From positions 2,336,001 to 2,400,000 of the forward strand of contig CAXXLX010000001.1 of NCBI GenBank assembly GCA_963665235.2: a stretch of 64,000 nucleotides of DNA. The letters are read 5' to 3'. The DNA is from Candidatus Poribacteria bacterium (GTDB lineage: Bacteria > Poribacteria > WGA-4E > WGA-3G). How positions within the stretch are numbered: position 1 is the first letter of the stretch; every line of letters begins with the position of its first letter. The translations under genes and the position numbers were made by a program. Under the pieces are notes generated by a model. It saw only the letters and a list, made by a program, of their open reading frames with translations. It was not told where the DNA came from and did not search any database. Below, in pieces: positions 56,446 through 64,000 of the stretch.

Positions 56446-57249
56446 ATGAGTACTGATACGCAATTAACAGGATGGCAGAAATTCCGGAAGACTGTCATCT
56501 GGGAATATACGCAAGTCATTGTTGTCGCCCTTATTCTCGTCTTTGGGTTTATACGTCCCTTTGTTGTGGAAGCGTTTAAAATACCTTCCGGTTCTATGGA
56601 AGACACGCTTCTTATAGGTGACCGGATTCTGGTGTGCAAGTTCATCTACGGCATTAAAATCCCCGGCACGAAAATTCGAGTTTTCGATTTTCATAAACCT
56701 GCTCGGGGTGACGTGTTCGTTTTTATACCGCCGCACGACCGGGAACGCAATTTCATTAAGCGCATCGTCGCTGTTGAAGGTGATACAGTGTCCACCCAAG
56801 GCGATACGCTTTACGTGAATGGCAAAGCGGTTGACGATAAAAGCTACACAAAGGACGTGGGCTCCCCGCACTTCCAAAGTGATTTCCCACCCTTCCGAGA
56901 ACCGGGGCACTTTCGAGGTGATAAAGCGTACAAAGATTACACCTTGACAGAAAGTCAGTTTAAAAACAAATTTCCTGAAGGCAAACCGTTCACCGTACCA
57001 CAAGGTACCGTTTTCGCTATGGGCGATAACCGAAACCGTAGCAGCGATAGTCGAACCTGGGGCCCGGTGCAGGTAGACGATATTAAAGGACAAGCCTTCA
57101 TGGTATACTGGTCCTTCTGCGACGCTAAAGATCCGAATGTAGCGTGTAAAAATGAAAATGTGAAAATATGGGAGGTGTGGAAGATAATTGGCAATATAAG
57201 ATTCAATCGAATCGGAAAACTTATCCATTCGAAGGCTGGATATAACTGA
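56446..57249 (+). CDS. lepB: Signal peptidase I
   Basis: IPSGSM, FIKRIVA, MGDNRNRSSDSR. Confidence 0.97.
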   Translation: MSTDTQLTGWQKFRKTVIWEYTQVIVVALILVFGFIRPFVVEAFKIPSGSMEDTLLIGDRILVCKFIYGIKIPGTKIRVFDFHKPARGDVFVFIPPHDRERNFIKRIVAVEGDTVSTQGDTLYVNGKAVDDKSYTKDVGSPHFQSDFPPFREPGHFRGDKAYKDYTLTESQFKNKFPEGKPFTVPQGTVFAMGDNRNRSSDSRTWGPVQVDDIKGQAFMVYWSFCDAKDPNVACKNENVKIWEVWKIIGNIRFNRIGKLIHSKAGYN

Positions 57250-59183
57250 TGCATCAAGAGAGAAGAAATCTTATCATCGGCACAGCAGGGCATGTTGACC
57301 ACGGAAAGACCGCGCTGGTAGGAAAGCTTACCGGCATTGAAACGGATAGGCTTAAAGAGGAACGTGAGCGCGGTCTCTCTATCGAGCTCGGATTCGCCTA
57401 CTTCGATTTGCCGGATAACTCGCGCGCAGGTATTGTGGACGTGCCCGGGCACGAGAAATTTATCCGAAATATGCTCTCTGGGGCTTACGGTATGGATATG
57501 GTGCTCTTCGTTGTGGATGCGAAGGAGGGTGTGCAGGAACAGACGTTGGAACACCTTGCTATTCTCGACCTACTCGGTATTTCAAACGGCATTCTGGTTA
57601 TGACAAAGGCCGATTTGGCATCTCAGGAAGAACTCGCGGAAGCCACAGAGATGACGCAAGAAATGCTAGTCGGGACAACCCTTGAGGGAATTCCGACTGT
57701 TAGTGTCTCCTCAATCACAGGGGAGGGCATTGATACGCTAAAGCAGACGATTGTGAAGCAGGTCGCTCTTGCCACAAAAGCGCAAGAACATGATGGTATC
57801 TCACGGCTCTATGTCGATAGGGTTTTTACAGTGCAGGGGTTCGGCGTTGTTGTTACAGGAACGCTTATCGGGGGTGCTATTCATCGGGACCAGCGGATGG
57901 TTCTGCTGCCCCAAGGCGAGGAGGTCAGGGTCCGCGGGATAGAGGTTCACAATGAACCGGCTGCTATTGCACAAGCTGGGCAAAGAACTGCGTTGAACCT
58001 GTCGGGTACATCCGCGCAAAACATTCAACGCGGTGATGTGCTCTGCCCGATTGAATTTTCACGCGTCACTGACAACATAAACGTATCGTTACAGGTTTTG
58101 TCTTCATTTCCGAGAATTCTTGAACATTGGAGCCGTTTTCGCGTGTACCTCGGCACACGCGAAATATTTTGTAGGTTAATCTTATTGGTCGATGAAGCCA
58201 TCCTTCCGGGCGACACCGTTCAGGTTCAACTCCGCTTGGAGCAACCGATTTTAACCTTCAGAGGGGATAGGATAATCTTACGCGATTTTTCGGCACAGCA
58301 TACTGTCGGCGGCGGTGAGGTGATTAACCCGTTTGCCCCTAAGCATAAGCGGTTTACACAAGAAACCATAACAACCCTAGCGCAGTGGGAAGAAGCTGAT
58401 GACGCGCAGGTTGTGAACACAGTGTTAGTAAACAGCGAGGCGTTGTGTATGCCGGAATCTTTTCTCCACTACTATCTACCGCATTCTCGTGTGAATGTTG
58501 GGAGTATCTTGGAGGCACTGCAAACCGAGGGGAAAATTGTACGCTGGGATACATCCGGGAGAACACCGCTCGTTTCGGATGCTATGCGTACTGCAGCTGC
58601 CGAAGAGAAGATAATTGCTGCGTTATCCGAATTTCACACGACACAACCGCTCCTTGCTGGGCAAAACGCCTCACAGCTCTGCCGCACACTTGAACTAGAT
58701 GAGGTCGGATTCGCCAAACTCACGCATCAACTGATTGCTGCGAAGCAGCTTGTTAAGGATGGGAACCTGCTCCGATTGGCATCACACGAAATCCAATTTT
58801 CCGAAGAGGAAGAGACTGCGAAAGAGACATTGGAAAAAATATTCCTAGAGGCTGGCATTAACACCCCGAACCTCACACAGCTCAACGCGCTACTCCCTGA
58901 ATATACACCCAAGGTGATTGAATCCACCTTTTTCGCGCTCCTGAACCTTGGGCAGTTCATCAAAACAGCCGATAATTTCTTCATCCACAAAACCGTTTTT
59001 GAAGAGACGCGCGAATTGTTAACCAACTATCTTCATGAACATGATACAATAACTGTTGCAGACTTCCGGGAACTTGCACAAACCTCGCGAAAATACGCAG
59101 TACCGTTCTTGGAATACTGTGACAGTCAGAACATTACAATCCGGGATGGAAACGTCAGGAGATTGGCAACGCGGCAAAATTAG
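57249..59183 (+). CDS. selB: Selenocysteine-specific elongation factor
   Basis: IIGTAGHVDHGKT, DRL.EE.ERGLSIELG, DVPGHEKF, C-terminal winged helix SRKYAVPFLEY; adjacent tRNA-Sec. Confidence 0.97.
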   Translation: MHQERRNLIIGTAGHVDHGKTALVGKLTGIETDRLKEERERGLSIELGFAYFDLPDNSRAGIVDVPGHEKFIRNMLSGAYGMDMVLFVVDAKEGVQEQTLEHLAILDLLGISNGILVMTKADLASQEELAEATEMTQEMLVGTTLEGIPTVSVSSITGEGIDTLKQTIVKQVALATKAQEHDGISRLYVDRVFTVQGFGVVVTGTLIGGAIHRDQRMVLLPQGEEVRVRGIEVHNEPAAIAQAGQRTALNLSGTSAQNIQRGDVLCPIEFSRVTDNINVSLQVLSSFPRILEHWSRFRVYLGTREIFCRLILLVDEAILPGDTVQVQLRLEQPILTFRGDRIILRDFSAQHTVGGGEVINPFAPKHKRFTQETITTLAQWEEADDAQVVNTVLVNSEALCMPESFLHYYLPHSRVNVGSILEALQTEGKIVRWDTSGRTPLVSDAMRTAAAEEKIIAALSEFHTTQPLLAGQNASQLCRTLELDEVGFAKLTHQLIAAKQLVKDGNLLRLASHEIQFSEEEETAKETLEKIFLEAGINTPNLTQLNALLPEYTPKVIESTFFALLNLGQFIKTADNFFIHKTVFEETRELLTNYLHEHDTITVADFRELAQTSRKYAVPFLEYCDSQNITIRDGNVRRLATRQN

Positions 59184-59241
59184 GAATTTGGTAATAGATA
59201 ATTGGTTATCGGAAACGGTTAGGTGCACTATCAGTGAGCGT

Positions 59242-59335
59242 GGGGGAGGATAGGGTCCGGTGGCCCTACCGGTCTTCAAAACCGGCTTGTCCATGCAAGT
59301 GGATAGGTGGGTTCGACTCCCACCCTCTCCCGCCA
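59242..59335 (+). tRNA. selC: tRNA-Sec (anticodon TCA)
   Basis: 8-bp acceptor stem GGGGGAGG/CCTCTCCC, extended D stem, CTTCAAA anticodon loop, long variable arm, GTTCGACTC, ends GCCA. Confidence 0.96.
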
Positions 59336-59369
59336 TCTTTCAGTGCTTGCCTTGTTTGAAATCAACTTA

Positions 59370-59515
59370 TACCATTTTTATTAATTATTCTATCATTACC
59401 GGTTGTTAGAAATGAAACGGAGAACGGAAGACCCAAACTGGAAGTTTATGCTACAAGAAAGCACAAACTGGAAGTTTATGCTACAAGAAAGAGACATTTT
59501 CAATTAGAAATGGTA
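59370..59515 (+). mobile_element. MITE family C, copy 2
   Basis: Same TIRs and TTA flanks as 51791-51941. Confidence 0.88.
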
Positions 59516-59564
59516 TTAGTAGCAACCGCGCCTGCAACAACGTCGGCAGGCGAGCAGAGGCACC

Positions 59565-60473
59565 ATGAATCAAATATCTTTGCCCTTACTTAACAACGCA
59601 GAAACCCTACAACGTCGGCATCCGGCGTGGATTAAGGCCCGTATCCCAGGCAGTGGGGCTTACGCGGAACTCAAAAAATTAATGCGGGACCTACAACTCC
59701 ACACGGTCTGTGAAGAGGCGCGATGTCCGAATATAGGCGAATGTTGGAACAACCGCACCGCCACCTTCATGATACTAGGCGATGTCTGTACACGCCGTTG
59801 TATGTTCTGTGCTGTGAAAAAAGGGGCCCCTGGTGGCATCGTGGACGCAGATGAACCCCGAAGACTTGGGGCAGCAGTTGGGTACTTAAAACTCCGGCAT
59901 GTCGTTATTACCTCTGTCAACCGGGACGACCTGCCTGATGGGGGTGCTGCTGTCTTCGCCGACTGTATCGCCGAAGCGCGAAAACAGCAGCCGGGGTGTA
60001 CAGTGGAGGTCCTCATTCCTGACCTTGAGGGAAATTGGGATGCCCTTAAGGTTATTATCCAAGCCCGTCCTGAAGTGCTGAACCACAACACTGAGACGGT
60101 GCCGAGACTTTACCGCCGCGTCCGTCCCTACGCAAATTATCAACAAACACTCACACTGCTTCGGGTCGGCAAACAGCTCGATGCGGAAATACTCACAAAA
60201 TCTGGACTTATGGTCGGATTAGGGGAAACGGTAACAGAACTTTTGGAAACGATGCAAGATATTTGCGACACCGGATGCGATATTCTGACTATTGGACAAT
60301 ATCTTGCGCCTTCCGCACGGCATCTGCCAATTCAACGCTACTATACACCGGAAGAATTTGACGAACTCAAAGAAGCGGGGACAGCGATGGGGTTTCGGCA
60401 TGTAGAATCCGGCCCGCTTGTCCGAAGTTCTTATCATGCAAGTGAACAGGCACAACTGTCGAGTCTGTCCTGA
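59565..60473 (+). CDS. lipA: Lipoyl synthase
   Basis: CEEARCPNIGEC, CTRRCMFC, HNTETV, RSSY. Confidence 0.98.
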   Translation: MNQISLPLLNNAETLQRRHPAWIKARIPGSGAYAELKKLMRDLQLHTVCEEARCPNIGECWNNRTATFMILGDVCTRRCMFCAVKKGAPGGIVDADEPRRLGAAVGYLKLRHVVITSVNRDDLPDGGAAVFADCIAEARKQQPGCTVEVLIPDLEGNWDALKVIIQARPEVLNHNTETVPRLYRRVRPYANYQQTLTLLRVGKQLDAEILTKSGLMVGLGETVTELLETMQDICDTGCDILTIGQYLAPSARHLPIQRYYTPEEFDELKEAGTAMGFRHVESGPLVRSSYHASEQAQLSSLS

Positions 60474-60487
60474 ATTCGTGTATCTAA

Positions 60488-60628
60488 ACCTAAGTTGCCA
60501 CCTATAAATTTTTAGGCTTGGAAAGTCCGATTTTAGTCAAAAAATGCTGATAATTGTAGCGTGAACTTCTATGTTGCGCCCTTATGCCACAAACTAGAAA
60601 GTTTGTGCTACTATGTGGCAACTTGCGT
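60488..60628 (+). mobile_element. MITE family A, copy 3 (diverged)
   Basis: Same TIRs as copies 1 and 2; 7-bp TSD TATCTAA (60481-60487, 60629-60635). Confidence 0.9.
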
Positions 60629-60788
60629 TATCTAAGCCTTTTTTTGAAATAATTCCATTAAAAACCGGATAAAAATCGGATTTTTGTGCAATTTTTTAGC
60701 GGATTTGTGATATACTTAATCAAAAATACCGCCGAGATTTTGTGAATGTCTCGCCGGGCACAAACAAAAAAGATGAAGGACAAAAAAA

Positions 60789-61598
60789 ATGATTCATGTG
60801 ATTATTAATGGGGCATGCGGTCGGATGGGACAGTTGATTATCCGAGGCGTTGCCCAACAAACAGATATGAAACTCGTGGGAGCTATTGAATATCCGGAAC
60901 ATCCACAAATCGGGACTGATGCTGGCGTTGCCGCTGGGATAGAAGAACTTGGCGTAGCAATTACAGGTGAACTCAGCGATGTCATTGACAGCGCGGGCGT
61001 TGTGATTGAATTTTCAAAACCTGAGGCAACCCTTCAACACCTACGACAAGTTGTCGATGCGGGGAAAGCGATGGTCATCGCAACGACAGGGTTTAGCGGC
61101 GATGAGCTTGCAACTGTTCAAGCACTTGCAGCACAAATCCGATGTGTCATGGCACCGAATATGAGCCTCGGTGTCAACGTCATGATTCAGGCATTGGCAT
61201 TAATCGCCAAAGCCCTCGGAGATGAGTATAATATTGAAGTGATAGAAGCACACCACAATCATAAGGCAGACTCGCCGAGCGGGACCGCGTTGCGATTGGC
61301 GGAGACTGTTGCGAACGCGCTCGAGCGCGATTTGGATGCGGTCGGTGTCTATGGGCGACACGGTATTATCGGTCCGCGCCCGCAGCACCAAATCGGCATT
61401 CACGCAATCCGCGGCGGAGACATCGCAGGAGACCACACCGTCCTCTTTGCAGGTGAGGGGGAGCAACTGAGCGTCGTCCACCGCGCACACAGTCCCGAAG
61501 CATTTGCAAAAGGTGCCATTCGCGCAGCGCGATGGGTCATAGATGCCCCCAAAGGACTCCACGATGTCAGTGAAGTACTTTTTGAGAATCATCGGTAA
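60789..61598 (+). CDS. dapB: 4-hydroxy-tetrahydrodipicolinate reductase
   Basis: GACGRMG, TTGF, APNMSLG, EAHHNHKADSPSGTA. Confidence 0.97.
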   Translation: MIHVIINGACGRMGQLIIRGVAQQTDMKLVGAIEYPEHPQIGTDAGVAAGIEELGVAITGELSDVIDSAGVVIEFSKPEATLQHLRQVVDAGKAMVIATTGFSGDELATVQALAAQIRCVMAPNMSLGVNVMIQALALIAKALGDEYNIEVIEAHHNHKADSPSGTALRLAETVANALERDLDAVGVYGRHGIIGPRPQHQIGIHAIRGGDIAGDHTVLFAGEGEQLSVVHRAHSPEAFAKGAIRAARWVIDAPKGLHDVSEVLFENHR

Positions 61599-63594
61599 AC
61601 TTCAAATAGTTGCAATCTTATTTAGTATCGGTTGTGCGGATACGTCCCAAAATGTGAGGGGTGTATGGAAAACTGTTAGAGAAGGGGATTGGAGCGCACG
61701 GCTAAACGATGTTCACTTTATTTCTGAAACGCACGGATGGGCTGTTGGAAATCCAGCGGAATTCGTCATCGGGCATGGACAGCGGACAAGTCCTACCTAT
61801 ACAGAGGGCGGCGAGAGCATCATTCTCCATACAGCAAATGGTGGACAGAAATGGAACAAACAGGACAGCGGGATTTTCGGAAAACCGTTGCGAAAAGTCT
61901 ATTTCCGCTCTAAAACCGAGGGGTGGTGTATCGGAGATGGCGGCACACTCCTTCGAACAACCGATGGCGGACAGACATGGAAACAACTCAAAACGGACAC
62001 AGAAAATAATCTCTACGACATCACTATGAATAGCAGTGGCGGTTGGATAGTTGGAGATTGGGCAACACTCCTTAGAACAACCGATGGCGGACAGACTTTT
62101 GAAAAGGTGGATGGAAGCGCGTTTGAAGAGAAATCGTTGAGAGGGGTCTATTTTGTTGACGACACCCACGGCTGGATTATCACATACAGTACGCCTCATG
62201 GCGAAGGCGACATCGGACATATCTATCGGACAACGGATGGTGGAAAAACATGGGGGCAGCAACTTGCTACAAAACCCTCACTCTTCAGTCTACACTTCAT
62301 AGATAGGTTGACAGGTTGGGTAGTCGGCGACCGGCGTAGCCTCTACGCAACAACGGATGGCGGAAAAACATGGGAATTCCTTACGCACGGCAGCGAGCAG
62401 CGCCACAAAAGTGAATACGGGCAACCGACTTACCTCGGTAAAGAGCCGTTACACACCTTTACGCTTTATGACCTTGATTTCGTCGATAAACAGCACGGCT
62501 GGATTGCGGGGGACCTGGGCGTTATCCTCTATACTAATAGTAGTGGCAAACAGTGGAAACATCAACGCGGCGGGCCCCGATTTCACAACAGTGCTGACCC
62601 TGTGCTACTCGGTATCGATTTCATATCCAAAGACTTAGGATGGGCAGTCGGAGAAGATGGCACAATTCTCCACACCCGAAACGGAGGATTAACCTGGGAA
62701 TCGCAATCGAACCCGACATATCTCCTCTTTGATGTCTATGCTGTTTCAGAGAATAAAGGGTACATTGTCGGGGATAGGGGCGCGATTCTACAAACGGATG
62801 ATGGTGGGACCACGTGGCAAGCGCAAGATAGCCGTACCCCTGAATGTTTCGGGAGCACGTACTTTGTTTCACAACAAAAAGGGTGGGCTGTCGCGGAGGC
62901 AGGTGTCATTCTGCATACAACCAATGGCGGAATCGTTTGGGAACAGCAGCCTACCGACACAAAACAGGATTTGCTCGCTGTCTTTTTTATAGATGCAGAG
63001 ACCGGCTGGTGTGCTGGGAGTGCAGGTGAAATTCTACACACTGCCGATGGCGGCAAACGGTGGATATCTCAACAGAGTGGTGTACCACATAATCTTTTTG
63101 ATATTCACTTCACCTCGAAACGTGAAGGATGGGCAACCGGAATTTTTGGCACACTGCTGCACACGGTTGATGGCGGCAAACGGTGGCAACTTTCAAAATT
63201 GAGTCAACACCTTGCAAAATTGGACAGAGGGAACAATATTTGGTTAAAGGCAGTCTATTTCGTTTCACCACAAATCGGGTGGGTCGTCGGAGAAGATGGC
63301 CTGATATTTCACACAAATGATGGCGGAAAAAGTTGGAGTCGCCAAAATAGCTACACCCAAAATTTCCTTTACGATCTGTTTTTTATCAACGAGACAGAGG
63401 GATGGGTGGTCGGAAAAAACGGGTTGGTTCTGCACACCGAGGATGGTGGCAAAAACTGGAGACCGCAGCGCACCTATACCCAAACCGATTTGACTGCTAT
63501 TCACATGAGCACACCGCACAATGGATGGGCGGTCGGTCAAGGCGGAACGATTCTGAAATATGAGGTCGTTCGTGTCAAAACGGCAACGAAATAG
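61564..63594 (+). CDS. YCF48/BNR-repeat beta-propeller, probable lipoprotein
   Basis: LFSIGC lipobox-like motif; many L.DV.F....GW.VG..G.ILHT.DGG.TW repeats. Confidence 0.9.
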   Translation: MSVKYFLRIIGKLQIVAILFSIGCADTSQNVRGVWKTVREGDWSARLNDVHFISETHGWAVGNPAEFVIGHGQRTSPTYTEGGESIILHTANGGQKWNKQDSGIFGKPLRKVYFRSKTEGWCIGDGGTLLRTTDGGQTWKQLKTDTENNLYDITMNSSGGWIVGDWATLLRTTDGGQTFEKVDGSAFEEKSLRGVYFVDDTHGWIITYSTPHGEGDIGHIYRTTDGGKTWGQQLATKPSLFSLHFIDRLTGWVVGDRRSLYATTDGGKTWEFLTHGSEQRHKSEYGQPTYLGKEPLHTFTLYDLDFVDKQHGWIAGDLGVILYTNSSGKQWKHQRGGPRFHNSADPVLLGIDFISKDLGWAVGEDGTILHTRNGGLTWESQSNPTYLLFDVYAVSENKGYIVGDRGAILQTDDGGTTWQAQDSRTPECFGSTYFVSQQKGWAVAEAGVILHTTNGGIVWEQQPTDTKQDLLAVFFIDAETGWCAGSAGEILHTADGGKRWISQQSGVPHNLFDIHFTSKREGWATGIFGTLLHTVDGGKRWQLSKLSQHLAKLDRGNNIWLKAVYFVSPQIGWVVGEDGLIFHTNDGGKSWSRQNSYTQNFLYDLFFINETEGWVVGKNGLVLHTEDGGKNWRPQRTYTQTDLTAIHMSTPHNGWAVGQGGTILKYEVVRVKTATK

Positions 63595-63616
63595 CAATAT
63601 AGCTAGGGGAAATCTA

Positions 63617-64000
63617 ATGACAGGTGAACAAAAATATCTATTCGACTTACAGGGGTACATCGTGTTGAAGGGTGTCGTTCCGCAACCTGTACTTGAGGCA
63701 TGCAACGTTGTCCTCGATAGGTTTGAGAATATGCCGCCCGCTGACTATCCGACACCGCTATGCCTCGGCACCGAACGCACTGAAAAAGAGCTCTACATCT
63801 CTAATATCCTGGAGGCAGATAGCGCGCTGAATCCGCTCGTTGACATTCCAGAGGTGCTCGATGTCATCCAAGGCGTGACCGGCGGCCCCTATCGGCTCAA
63901 TCACACCTATACAATTTACCGATGGGGTGGGGGTTACACCGGTTTACACATGCACGGAACGCCTATCATTCCGAAGTGTCAATATCACTGCCGAAATGGA
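63617..64000 (+). CDS. PhyH family dioxygenase (3' end runs off the window; not in the ORF track)
   Basis: Manual translation MTGEQKYLFDLQGYIVLKGVVP...YRLNHTY...LHMHG. Confidence 0.8.
   Translation, partial: MTGEQKYLFDLQGYIVLKGVVPQPVLEACNVVLDRFENMPPADYPTPLCLGTERTEKELYISNILEADSALNPLVDIPEVLDVIQGVTGGPYRLNHTYTIYRWGGGYTGLHMHGTPIIPKCQYHCRNG

Overview
Bacterial chromosomal window of roughly 48-50% GC (estimated by eye). Gene content suggests Candidatus Poribacteria: three PhyH dioxygenases, Uma2 paralogues, an AAA_35-like ATPase, a PD40 protein with a 'VSPxGK..xWG.L' tail, and a DUF1549/1553 protein. This taxonomy is inferred only. Housekeeping genes are murB, lon, lepA-lepB-selB-selC (tRNA-Sec), lipA, dapB, ogt and the aapJQMP amino-acid ABC transporter. 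Catabolic and accessory genes include a three-subunit Mo-hydroxylase, a sulfite oxidase, PL10 and PL11-like lyases and a sulfatase-like protein. There is also an orphan M.PabI-like methyltransferase and a RelE/ParE toxin-antitoxin pair. The intergenic DNA is rich in mobile elements. (i) A full IS605 element (tnpA-tnpB) has tnpA split by a nested IS630, and its TnpB has a rearranged RuvC-II. (ii) The most notable feature is a 502-bp protein-free element at 37670-38171, bounded by IS200/IS605-type ends and apparently carrying a large structured ncRNA plus a TnpB-type omega/reRNA tail. (iii) Several MITE families with different TIRs and clear TSDs all carry GTAG-type REP hairpins as cargo. A small Zn-ribbon gene resembling spirochaete ribosomal protein bL38 sits inside the Mo-hydroxylase cluster. 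All family assignments come from motif reading and recall; no database search was run.
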